A DNA stretch of 63,567 nucleotides, counting the filler, from an uncultured archaeon (GTDB taxonomy: Archaea > Nanobdellota > Nanobdellia > Woesearchaeales > CAIVOO01), in the NCBI GenBank assembly GCA_903842985.1. It is 6 parts of 6 records of this genome, joined end to end, with 100 filler letters (N's around TTAATTAATTAA, not from the genome) between each part and the next. Parts side by side here need not be neighbours in the genome. Positions count along the whole stretch, not along the records: positions 1 to 29,446 come from CAIMOB010000013.1; 5 more parts are not named here. One strand, 5' to 3'. Under the pieces are notes generated by a model that saw only the letters and a program-made list of their open reading frames with translations, was not told the origin of the DNA and ran no database searches. Below, one piece after another: positions 1 to 9,452 of the stretch (position 1 is its first letter; every line of letters starts with the position of its first letter). A program made the position numbers and the translations under genes.

Positions 1-726
1 CGCGCCTTCGGCGCCACTGCGAACTACCCCAAGGAAACGGCCACTGCCGTCGAGGTCGTCGCCGCCACCGAAGCCATCCCCGACGCTGCCGAGGAACAGT
101 AACCGGCCCTGAGATTGTCCTGGATTTATGCTATCAAAAGTATGCCAGTTCCCATACTGTTCTGTATCATAGACCTTTCCTGCAATATTGAGATATTTCT
201 CGAGCTTCTCTTCCCCGCCTGCGCGGGCAATTGCAAGAGGATTATGGCAAAGCTTTTTTATTGGCTGAATGCCTGACTCTGTTTTCCTGGCTTCATTGAA
301 ATCAATAACAATGACATAATTTGCAGGCAGTTTTGGCATTTTCCTGAAGTCATTGAATGAATAAACAGGAATTTTATCATTTTCAAGCACGCTTATAATG
401 TCATTGCTGCCAAGCCTTGCAGCGCCGTTGATAAGACCTTCCTTGTATGCCTGCCTGATTCTGGCGGGCGTCAAAACCTTAATGCCGTGGACTTCCAGGA
501 CAACTGGATTGCCTGCCTTTGTCTTTCCGGCAAGCTCCTCAGAATTCGCAGTAAGCCACTGCTTCCAATAAGCATCTTCCTCAGGGTTCTTTGCTCTCTC
601 TGCCACTAATTGTGGCATTGAGCATACGTACCCTTTCCTGACTTGCTCCTGCGCCTCCTTTAAAGCAGATGGCAAATCTGAATCATAAACAATGATTCTG
701 TTCTTTAATGGCTTTTGGGTTTCCAT
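1..726 (-). CDS. Putative DGR target (variable) protein, 3'-partial; runs off the window edge
   Basis: Manual translation from ATG at 726: METQKAIKENRIIVYDSDLPSALREAQ...YWKQWLTANSEE...YGNWHTFDSINPGQSQGRLLFLGSVGDGFGGGDDLDGSGRFLGVVRSGAEGA. Open for 242 codons. The C-terminus resembles DPANN DGR variable regions. Absent from the ORF track because it has no stop codon in the window. Confidence 0.8.
   Translation of the reverse strand, partial: METQKPLKNRIIVYDSDLPSALKEAQEQVRKGYVCSMPQLVAERAKNPEEDAYWKQWLTANSEELAGKTKAGNPVVLEVHGIKVLTPARIRQAYKEGLINGAARLGSNDIISVLENDKIPVYSFNDFRKMPKLPANYVIVIDFNEARKTESGIQPIKKLCHNPLAIARAGGEEKLEKYLNIAGKVYDTEQYGNWHTFDSINPGQSQGRLLFLGSVGDGFGGGDDLDGSGRFLGVVRSGAEGA
2..110 (-). 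mobile_element. DGR variable region with IMH-like tract (25-42) and GAA-loop hairpin (2-14)
   Basis: Abrupt GC-rich run of mostly NNC/NNT codons, then GGCCGTTTCCTTGGGGTA, then GCGCC-GAA-GGCGC. Confidence 0.7.
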
Positions 727-929
727 TGACGATGGTAAACAAAGGGCATATTTAAATCTTTCGGTTTGTTACTACTTATAAGTTATTGTAATAGTATAAT
801 AATATTTTCAATATTCTAACTAATTATTAACCCAAACCTCTCAAACCCCTAAATTCAAGCCTTATGGCGCCTATAAACGCATTTTAAAAACAAAAGATTT
901 ATAAAGAAAAACAGGTTCTGAACATCTAG

Positions 930-994
930 ATTTTCTCGACGAAGAAAATGCACTTTTTCGAAGAAAAAGTGCGACCAAAAAATGAAATTTTTTG
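930..994 (+). promoter_or_regulatory. Three tandem inverted repeats in the gyrA leader, downstream of a TTTATAAA box (898-905)
   Basis: ATTTTCT-cgacga-AGAAAAT; GCACTTTTTC-GAA-GAAAAAGTGC; CAAAAAAT-GAA-ATTTTTTG. Confidence 0.5.
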
Positions 995-997
995 AGT

Positions 998-3900
998 ATG
1001 GCAGAAACACCTGAGAAAAGCCCTGAAAAAATCATTCCCCGCGTTATTGAAGAGGAAATGAAGAAGTCCTACATAGATTACGCCATGTCTGTCATTGTCG
1101 GCAGGGCACTGCCTGATGTCCGCGACGGCCTGAAGCCGGTTCACAGGAGGATTTTATTCGCAATGCAGGAGCTTGGACTGCTCCATAACAAACCATTCAG
1201 GAAATGCGCAAGAATCGTTGGAGACACCCTTGGTAAATACCATCCGCACGGCGACATGGCTGTTTACGATTCCCTTGTTAGGATGGCGCAGGAATTTTCA
1301 ATGCGTTATCCGCTGGTAATGGGTCAGGGGAATTTTGGGTGCTTTACAGCTGATACAAAAGTCAAGTTAACTGATGGAAGAAATTTAAGTTTTAAAGAGT
1401 TAATAAAGGAAGCAAAGCAAGGCAAGAAGAATTACACTTATACAATCAATTCTTTAGGTTTAATTTCAATAGCAGAAATAAAGAAGCCAAGGCTTACCAA
1501 AAAAATGCGGAAATAATAAAAGTCATTCTGGACAATGATGAAGAAATCAGATGCACACCAAACCATTTATTCATGACAAGAAAGGGCATTTACAAAGAAG
1601 CACAGCATCTTAAGTCAGGGGATTCTTTGATGCCACTTTACTTTAGAATTTCAGAAAACGAGGATACAATAAACAGGGAAGGCTATTTGCTGGTGCACCA
1701 GCCCAAAAACAACTCATGGGTGCCTGCGCACCATCTCGCAGACAACTATAATTTGACAGCAAGCGTTTATGCAAAAAACAAAGGGAGGGTAAGGCATCAC
1801 ATTGATTTTAATAAACTAAACAATAGCCCAGACAACATTACAAGAATGAAGTGGGAAGAGCATTGGAAACTGCACTATGAGCATGCTTCCGAGCTTCATA
1901 AAAATAAAGATTACAAAGCAAAGATAGCTGAAGGAAGAAGAAAATTCTGGGACAATGCCTCAAACAAGGAAAAATACTCCCAGAGATTATCTTTAAGAAA
2001 TAAGGAAAACTGGAAAAAAGAAGAATATAGGAAATCAATGATTGCTAATTTAAGCAGGATTAATACGGAATATATTTTAAAACATCCAGAAAGAAGAAAG
2101 GAGCATAGCATAAGAGCAACAAAAACCTTGAAAAAACTCTGGCAAAATCCAGAATATAGGCAAAAAAAAGTAAATTCTCTGAGGGAAAAATGGAAAAATC
2201 CTGAATATCTTAAAGAGCAGTCAGAACGCATGAGACAACTGTCTTTTAGGATATGGTCAAATCCAAAACATAAAGAAGCAATATCTCAATTATTAAAAGA
2301 AAGGTGGAAAAACAAGCAGTATAAAGAAAAAATTATTAATGCTTACAAGAACAAATGGAATGCAGATGCTGAATTCAGGAATTACTTTTTGGACATACTT
2401 TCAAAAAACGGAAAAAAAGCAAACTACTCCAGATTCTTGGCGGTATGCAAACAAACAATAGAAGTTTATGGAGAGCTGAATGAAGAAAATTATGAAAAGA
2501 CAAGAGTCTCCTACAATTCCAGAAAAGGCGCAGGAATAATTAGGTATAATGAAGCGCTTAAAAAATTCTTTGGCAATGATATTGAAAGGCTGCATAAGGA
2601 ACTTGGAATAAACTTAATTAAATTAAATCACAAAGTGAAGGAAATCATTTTCTTGAATGAAAAAGAAGATGTTTATGATTTAACAATAGAGAATACACAC
2701 AACTTTGCCCTGGCAGCCGGCATTTTTGTTCATAACTCCGTTGACGGCGATTCACCTGCTGCCCAAAGGTATACAGAAGCAAAGCTAAGCAAGATTGCAG
2801 AAGAAATGCTTGCAGACATTGACAAGAACACAGTTGATTTTTCTCCGAATTTTGACGGCTCGCTGAAAGAGCCAACAGTCCTTCCTTCAAAAATCCCAAA
2901 TCTGCTGGTTAACGGCAGCTCCGGGATTGCAGTTGGGATGGCAACAAACATACCGCCGCACAACATGTCTGAGATTATTGATGCAACAGCTGCATTGATT
3001 GACAGCCCTGAGATTCCTGTCTATGATTTAATGAAACATGTCAAGGGGCCTGATTTCCCAACAGGCGCGACAATTATCGGAAAGGAAGGAATTGGGCTGG
3101 CATACACAACAGGAAGGGGGAAAGTGACTCTAAGGGCAAAATCTGAAATTATTGAGGAAAAGGGAAGGCAGAAAATAATCATTACAGAAATACCATACCA
3201 AACCAACAAGTCAGTGATGATTGAAGAGATGGCTACGCTTGTCAAGGAAGGCAAGATAACAGGAATCTCTGACATAAGGGATGAGTCGGACAAGGACGGA
3301 ATAAGGGTTGTGATTGAAATAAAAAAGGACTCCAATCCCCAGGTTGTTCTGAACCAGCTCCATGCGCACACAAAGATGGAGCACACATTCGGCATAATCA
3401 TGCTTTCTCTGGTTAACAACGAGCCAAAGGTGCTGAACCTAAAGGAAACAATCCAGCAGTTCATAATCCACAGGCAGAAAGTTGTAAGGAGAAGGACAGA
3501 ATTTGAGTTGAATAAGGCAGCAGAAAGAGCGCATATTCTTGAGGGGCTTATAATTGCATTGAAAGACATTGACAACGTTGTCAAGAAGATAAAGGCATCG
3601 AGGGATGTACAGGCTGCAACAATAATTCTGATTAAGGATTATTCTCTTACTGACATACAGGCAAAAGCAATTCTTGACATGAAACTCCAGAGGCTTGCTT
3701 CACTTGAGCAGGAAAAGATAAAAAAAGAGCATGAGGATTTGCTGAAATTAATCAAGGAGCTGAAGGAGATACTTGCTTCTGAGCAGAAAATCCTGGAGAT
3801 TATCAAAACAGAGCTTCAGGAAATGAAGGAGAAATACGGCGGCAGGAGAAAGACAGAGATTGTTGAGGGCGAGGCAGAAGAGATGTCTGCAGAGGACCTG

Positions 3901-4830
3901 ATAAAGCCAGAGGATGTTGTTGTCACAGTAACGCACGCAGGCTACATAAAGCGCATGCCTCTTGACGTCTACAAGAGCCAGGGCAGGGGCGGAAAAGGTG
4001 TTGTCGCGGCAGACACAAAGGAAGAGGATTTTGTTGAGGATATTTTCGTTGCAAACACACATTCATACATTCTGTTCTTCACAAGCAAAGGCAGGGTGCA
4101 TTGGCTGAAGGTGCACGAGCTTCCTGTTGCCTCAAGGCAGGCGAGGGGCAAGGCAATAGTCAACCTGCTGCAGCTTAAAGAAGATGAAAAGGTAAGCGCG
4201 TTCGTGCCTGTGAAGGAATTTGACAACAAGCATTTCCTGATAATGGCAACAAAGAACGGCACTGTGAAGAAAACAAATCTTGAGCTTTACTCAAATCCGA
4301 GAAAAGGCGGGATAATCGGAATCACAATTGACGAAGGCGACCAGCTGATAGAAGTTGTGCTGACTTCTGGAAGCAACCAGATAATGCTTGCGACAAAGAA
4401 AGGCATGGCAGCAAAGTTTATGGAAGAGGATGTAAGGCCTTGCGGAAGGTCTGCAATGGGTGTCAGAGGCATAAAGCTTAGGGAAGGTGATGAAGTTGTC
4501 GGCATGGTCATAGCTGAAGACGAAAAGGCATTATTAACTGTCACTGAAAACGGCTATGGAAAAAGGACAGCTATTTCTGAATACAGGCTGATTGGAAGGG
4601 GCGGAGTCGGCGTAATAAACATACAGTGCTCTGAGAGAAACGGGAATGTTGTTGCAATCAAGACAGTTACTGAAGATGATGAGATAATGCTTGTAAGCCA
4701 AAAGGGAATAATGATAAGGGTGCCTGTCAAGGAAATCTCTGTCATAAGCAGGAACACGCAGGGCGTGAGGCTGATGAAGCTCGAAGAGGGGGACAGGCTG
4801 TCTGCAGCTGCGAAAATTGCAAAAGAATGA
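998..4830 (+). CDS. gyrA: DNA gyrase subunit A, intein-containing, apparent frameshift at ~1499-1505
   Basis: [31 protein letters not shown], catalytic AAQRYTE, GyrA-box QGRGGKG and C-terminal pinwheel repeats. The two ORFs (992-1516, 1573-4830) join if one A is added to the A7 run. Confidence 0.95.
1340..2736 (+). mobile_element. Intein (~466 aa) with HNH homing endonuclease in GyrA
   Basis: Block [14 protein letters not shown] after GNFG; block [10 protein letters not shown] in the shifted frame; [18 protein letters not shown] motif; C-terminal [22 protein letters not shown] followed by Ser (SVDGD). Confidence 0.93.
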
Positions 4831-5897
4831 AAGCGCTTGCAATAACAAATAAGGGGCTGGAAAGTATTTCTGCGCTGGAAATTTATGAGCTGATTGGCAA
4901 AAAAGCGAAGATTGGCGAGACAGTTGTTTCTTTTGAAGCAGATGAAAATGAAATCTGCAGATTGTGCTACATGGGGAGGTCTTTTGTCAAGGTAATTGAG
5001 CTTCTGAAGGAGTTTGATTTCAAGACAAAAGAAGATATTATAAAAAATTCAAACATAAAAATTGATGCAAAGACATTTGTCGTAAGATGCCAGAGGGAAG
5101 GAAGCCATGATTTCACAAGCCAGGAGATTTCAGAAGAGGTTGGTGAAGCTATTTTTAACAGCAACAAGATAAAAGTTGAGCTTGAAGACCCTGAAAAGAC
5201 AGTTTATGTTTATGTTTACGGCGACAAATGCTATATTGGAATAGATTATGCAGGAATTGATTTGAGCAAAAGAGAGTACAAGATATTCTCGCATCCTGCC
5301 TCTGTCAGGGGAAATATTGCATATTCGCTTCTCAGAATCGCTGATTACAGCAGGAAAAATGTTCTTCTGGACCCTTTCTGCAAGTCAGGAGAGATTTGCA
5401 TAGAGGCTGCATTGTCTTCCTGCGGTCTTTCGCAGAACTTCTACAGCAAAAACAAGTTCGCTTTCCTTAAGTTTGCTGAATTTGATTTTGAAAAAGAGGA
5501 CAAGAAGGCAAAACTGGATGAGAAAGTTGAAATTTCCTGCTTTGATACAATTGGCGCGAACCTGAAGGCAGCTGAAAAGAACGCGAAAATCGCTGGAGTG
5601 AACAAAAAAATAAGATTCAGCAGGATTGACACAGACTGGCTTGACGTAAAGGTGAAGGAAAAGAGTGTTGACTGCATTGTTACCATCCTGCCTGACTTCA
5701 AGGAAGAGAAAATAGCAGAGAAGAATTACAAGGAATTTTTTTACCAGGCGAAATACGTGCTGAAAAAGAACGGAGTTGCTGTTCTGCTTTGCAAGAAGCC
5801 GGAGATTGTGAAGAAGGCGAGCGACCTGAAGCTTGCTGAAGAGTTTGAAGTTATGAGCGGGAAGCAGAAGCTGGCTGTGCTGAAGTACAAGGCATAA
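4827..5897 (+). CDS. THUMP-domain RNA (guanine-N2) methyltransferase, Trm14/RlmL-like
   Basis: N-terminal THUMP region (FVVRCQREGSHDFTS), LSKREY, LDPFCKSGEICIEAA. Confidence 0.8.
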   Translation: MKALAITNKGLESISALEIYELIGKKAKIGETVVSFEADENEICRLCYMGRSFVKVIELLKEFDFKTKEDIIKNSNIKIDAKTFVVRCQREGSHDFTSQEISEEVGEAIFNSNKIKVELEDPEKTVYVYVYGDKCYIGIDYAGIDLSKREYKIFSHPASVRGNIAYSLLRIADYSRKNVLLDPFCKSGEICIEAALSSCGLSQNFYSKNKFAFLKFAEFDFEKEDKKAKLDEKVEISCFDTIGANLKAAEKNAKIAGVNKKIRFSRIDTDWLDVKVKEKSVDCIVTILPDFKEEKIAEKNYKEFFYQAKYVLKKNGVAVLLCKKPEIVKKASDLKLAEEFEVMSGKQKLAVLKYKA

Positions 5898-5930
5898 GAT
5901 TTATAAATTCCCAATATTTAAACAGCAAAT

Positions 5931-6209
5931 ATGCCAACAGTAAGGACGCCGAATGCTTTTGAAAAAATACTTCTTATTATTGGAATTTTGATTGTCATGA
6001 TTGGCTACGGCCTTATCTATAAGGTTTTCAGCGTAACGCAGACATTGACTTGGGAAGGCCTGTTTGCAATCTTTCTCTGGCTTATCCTGATATGCATAAT
6101 AATTCTTGTTGCTGTTGCAGAAAACATGAAGGAAGAGCTGAGAATGGTAATAGAAAATCAGCTGACTGAATTAAAGCTTCTAAGGGAAGAAGTTAAGAAA
6201 AAGAGATAG
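5931..6209 (+). CDS. Small two-TM membrane protein with coiled-coil tail
   Basis: Two hydrophobic helices; upstream TTTATAAA. Confidence 0.7.
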   Translation: MPTVRTPNAFEKILLIIGILIVMIGYGLIYKVFSVTQTLTWEGLFAIFLWLILICIIILVAVAENMKEELRMVIENQLTELKLLREEVKKKR

Positions 6210-6240
6210 GCTTAAATATGACTTCTTTGAGGAAAGATAC

Positions 6241-6546
6241 TGTGTAGGGGCAGTAGTTGGCTACGCAACTTCGGTTGTGAGGAAAGTCCGCCCACAGTAA
6301 AAGGCCACTTCCAGAAAGAAGATCCAGAAATGGATGGCAACGGCTCAGAAACGGCACGGCCTATGGTTAGGATGATAATGGCGAATCAGCCTGCGAGGGC
6401 TGAGAGCTAACCCTTTGACATTGCCATAGGGAACGATGAAACGGCGAGTCCTGGCTTGTGCAAGTCCGTTCGGACGCTTAGTAGAATGCCAGCAAAGCCT
6501 GTTCGGCAACGAAGGCTTACAAAAGGCGGCTTATTCTGCCCTACAC
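6241..6546 (+). ncRNA. rnpB: Archaeal RNase P RNA
   Basis: GAGGAAAGTCC near the 5' end, ACAAAAGGCGGCTTA near the 3' end, terminal P1 pairing TGTGTAGGGGCAG/CTGCCCTACACA. Confidence 0.92.
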
Positions 6547-6592
6547 ATTTTTCTTCAAAACATTTATATACAACCTTTAATCTTATATACAC

Positions 6593-6766
6593 ATGGCACA
6601 GGACAGAGTACATATGCCCTCCAGTATGGGTGGACTAGTACGCTATTTTGATGAATATCATTCAAAAATAGAGTTTAAGCCAGGCGTAGTAATTATTTTA
6701 TGTATGATTGTGATGATAATAGTGATTCTTCTGCATATGTATGGCAATGGCCTGCTGGGAATCTAA
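6593..6766 (+). CDS. secG: Preprotein translocase subunit Sec61beta (57 aa; below ORF-track cutoff)
   Basis: MAQDRVHMPSSMGGLVRYFDEYHSKIEFKP plus one TM helix; GLVRYF is the family motif. Confidence 0.9.
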   Translation: MAQDRVHMPSSMGGLVRYFDEYHSKIEFKPGVVIILCMIVMIIVILLHMYGNGLLGI

Positions 6767-6767
6767 A

Positions 6768-7106
6768 ATGATACCAGGAATGAATCCTAGGCAAATGGCT
6801 GGAATGATGAAAAAATTGGGAATCCAGCAGACTGAAGTGGATGCAACAGAAGTCATAATCAAGACAAAGGAAAAAGAAATAATTTTCAAGAGCCCCCAGG
6901 TTGCAAAAGTCAACATGATGGGGCAGGAAACATATCAGATAATCGGCGAAGGGGTGGAAAGGGCTTTGTCAACCGAGCCTGAAATTTCAGATGAGGATGT
7001 TAAAACAGTAATGGATCAGACAGGGGTTGACAAAAAAACAGCTCTCAACGCCATCAAAAAGCACAAAGGCGACTTGGCAGAATCAATAATGGAGTTGCAG
7101 AGCTAA
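6768..7106 (+). CDS. nac: Nascent polypeptide-associated complex protein
   Basis: GMNPRQMAGMMKKLGI, NAC barrel and C-terminal UBA-like domain (EDVKTVMDQTGV...GDLAESIM). Confidence 0.93.
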   Translation: MIPGMNPRQMAGMMKKLGIQQTEVDATEVIIKTKEKEIIFKSPQVAKVNMMGQETYQIIGEGVERALSTEPEISDEDVKTVMDQTGVDKKTALNAIKKHKGDLAESIMELQS

Positions 7107-7116
7107 AAGCTCTAAA

Positions 7117-7605
7117 ATGTCAGAAAAATTCCAAAAGGCAAAAGATGATGCACTTAAGTTTTTGAAGTCTGCAGACCACATGCTTACGCAGACTTATCCT
7201 TTGGTCAAGGACCCCAAACTGCTGCTTGCGGTTCTAAATAATCTGAGCATATCGCTTGAGCACATAATGTCTGCGGTTCTCTACTATGACAGGATTTACA
7301 GGAGAATACCTCCATTTTATGATAATTTTGAGTCGAAATTCAACATCTTCAAGCTGAAGTCAGCGCCCATGAACAAGTTGACTGAGATGGTTGCATTTAT
7401 CCACGAAATAAACGAACTTGTCAAGAAGCACAAACACAGCCCTGTCGAGTTTTCAAGGAAGGATGCGTTTGTCATCTGCGATGAAAGCTACAAGATGAAA
7501 ACAATAACAATAGAGATGCTGCACGAATACGTTGAAAAGACAAAAGGATTTTATTCAAAAATGGAGGAAATAGTAAGGAATCTTGATGAAAGAAGCTTTG
7601 TTTGA
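7117..7605 (+). CDS. Hypothetical helical protein, possibly HEPN-like fold
   Basis: Long ORF in operon; ADH motif shared with the next gene. Confidence 0.65.
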   Translation: MSEKFQKAKDDALKFLKSADHMLTQTYPLVKDPKLLLAVLNNLSISLEHIMSAVLYYDRIYRRIPPFYDNFESKFNIFKLKSAPMNKLTEMVAFIHEINELVKKHKHSPVEFSRKDAFVICDESYKMKTITIEMLHEYVEKTKGFYSKMEEIVRNLDERSFV

Positions 7606-8041
7606 GGCAAACGAGGAGCTGAAAAGAGCGGACCATCTTATTTATGTCAGCCTGAAGTACACAAGGACAGTCGATGTCATAAAAAACATAATTGAAAGGC
7701 TGATAAACGCGTATGATTTTGCCATCGCCGCCCTGCTCAAAAAGCTTGAAGAAGAGGGCAAGATGATTGAAACTCCTCCGAGCATCATTGCAAAGTGCGA
7801 TGCAGTAAAAAACTATTACAGCGATGACTCAAAGATTGCAGAAAACATGGAGTTTTATCTGCTGCTCAGGCATATAAGCAAGGCGAAATTCGAAAGGTCA
7901 AGGGAGTACAGAAGGCATGTCACAATGACTGTCGAGCTGAAAGAAAAGAAAATGGAGATAAATATCGATGTTATACATGAATACTTTGACAAGACAAAAA
8001 ACTTCGTGGAGTATGCGAGGGAGCTGGTAAGAAATGAGTAA
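7586..8041 (+). CDS. Hypothetical helical protein, possibly HEPN-like fold
   Basis: Overlaps both neighbours; ELKRADHLIYVSLKYTRT. Confidence 0.65.
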   Translation: MKEALFEANEELKRADHLIYVSLKYTRTVDVIKNIIERLINAYDFAIAALLKKLEEEGKMIETPPSIIAKCDAVKNYYSDDSKIAENMEFYLLLRHISKAKFERSREYRRHVTMTVELKEKKMEINIDVIHEYFDKTKNFVEYARELVRNE

Positions 8042-8795
8042 ATTCGTCGGGATTGTGTCTGGAAAGGGGGGAGTCGGCAAGACCACCACCACAATTAATC
8101 TTGGAATGGTTCTTACTAATTTTGGAAAGGATGTGGTTGTTGTGGATGCAAACCTTAAAACGCCGAATGTCGGGCTTCATCTTGGCGTGTCAAAAATGCC
8201 AATTACACTGCATGACGCAGTCAGGGGAAATGTGCACATCACTGAAGCAGCATACAAGCATATCTGCGGGCTGAGAATAATACCTGCAAGCATCTCCTTT
8301 GAAGACTCAAAAACAAAAAGCCATAAATCACTTAGCGACATAATGCTTGACCTGCACGGAAAGGTTGATGTTGTCCTGCTTGATATTTCCGCCGGACTTA
8401 ATGAAGAGGTTACAGATGCTATGAAGGCATGCGACAACCTCATTGTTGTTGTGACGCCGGACATGCCTTCTGTGACAGACGCGCTTAAGACAATAAAGCT
8501 TGCTGAAGAAATTGGCGTGAATGTTTTCGGCGTCATTATAAACAAGGCAGGGGATGACGAGCTTACTGCGCAGAACATAGAGACAATTCTTGAAAAGCCG
8601 ATTATCGGCACAGTTCCCTACGATGAAAATGTCAAAAAATCATTGAGATTCAAATTTCCTGTTGTCTATTCACATCCGGAAAGCGCTGCTTCATTCGCAT
8701 ACAAAAAACTTGCCGCAAAATTGCTCGGCGAGGAGTACAGGGAGACGCTGCAGAAAGAAAGCGTTTTGGGCAGATTAATGAAAAAGTTTAAATAA
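8034..8795 (+). CDS. minD: MinD/ParA-family ATPase (archaeal MinD type)
   Basis: Deviant Walker A SGKGGVGKTT, VVVVDAN, LLDISAG, VVTPD..SVTDA. Confidence 0.88.
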   Translation: MSKFVGIVSGKGGVGKTTTTINLGMVLTNFGKDVVVVDANLKTPNVGLHLGVSKMPITLHDAVRGNVHITEAAYKHICGLRIIPASISFEDSKTKSHKSLSDIMLDLHGKVDVVLLDISAGLNEEVTDAMKACDNLIVVVTPDMPSVTDALKTIKLAEEIGVNVFGVIINKAGDDELTAQNIETILEKPIIGTVPYDENVKKSLRFKFPVVYSHPESAASFAYKKLAAKLLGEEYRETLQKESVLGRLMKKFK

Positions 8796-8816
8796 GCCAT
8801 TTACGACTAAGTCAAA

Positions 8817-9350
8817 ATGCCAAAGAGTTTCGAAGAAAGGATGAAGGAGAAGGGGTGGAGTGAGGAAGAGATAAGTCACGCGATGGAGATTATGTACTCC
8901 AAGGAGAAGGAAGGAAAGCATGTTATTTACACAAAAAACATGAACCCAATTCTCTACTGGCTTTCACTTATCATTGCCATTATCGGCAACCTTTTCATTT
9001 CAATCATACTAATTCCTTTTCTTCTGGTGCTTTCAAGCTACCAGCTTTATTTTGTCATTGTTGTGCTGGCCTTGACATTCGGAACAATCTTTAATTTTCT
9101 GATAAATGCAATAGAACATATAGAGACTACACATCACATAATTGCCGGAGCATTCATACCTGCCATTGCAGTAATAACTGTGTTTGTCATGGTGAATGTT
9201 TCAAACAAGCTAAGTGTTGTTTTCCAGAGCCCGATACACCAGAATCCTGTGCTTGTAAGCATACTGTATGTGGTCGCATTTATACTGCCTTATGGGGTTA
9301 CAAGGATAATATCTTATTTTAAGTATGAAAGGAAACCAAAATCTTTATAA
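8817..9350 (+). CDS. Hypothetical multi-TM membrane protein
   Basis: About four hydrophobic segments after a charged N-terminus. Confidence 0.7.
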   Translation: MPKSFEERMKEKGWSEEEISHAMEIMYSKEKEGKHVIYTKNMNPILYWLSLIIAIIGNLFISIILIPFLLVLSSYQLYFVIVVLALTFGTIFNFLINAIEHIETTHHIIAGAFIPAIAVITVFVMVNVSNKLSVVFQSPIHQNPVLVSILYVVAFILPYGVTRIISYFKYERKPKSL

Positions 9351-9452
9351 ACAACCCCCTTTAACTTTCTTTTAATCGGCCCGAGTTCAGCTATTGAGCG
9401 TTTATAGGGTCTTAAAACATGTTTTAAGACATATTCTTGGGCTTATTTCAAA

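Noticed and set aside
992..1573. Naturally split intein / trans-spliced GyrA
   Set aside because: Block B (TPNH) falls between the stop of ORF1 and the ATG of ORF2, so neither piece would contain it. A one-base frameshift explains the data better.
3021..3584. Long antisense ORFs opposite gyrA and other core genes
   Set aside because: Ser/Phe/Ile-rich mirror translations caused by codon bias on the coding strand.
6407..6651. Short ORFs overlapping 6241-6546
   Set aside because: Shadow ORFs over the RNase P RNA.
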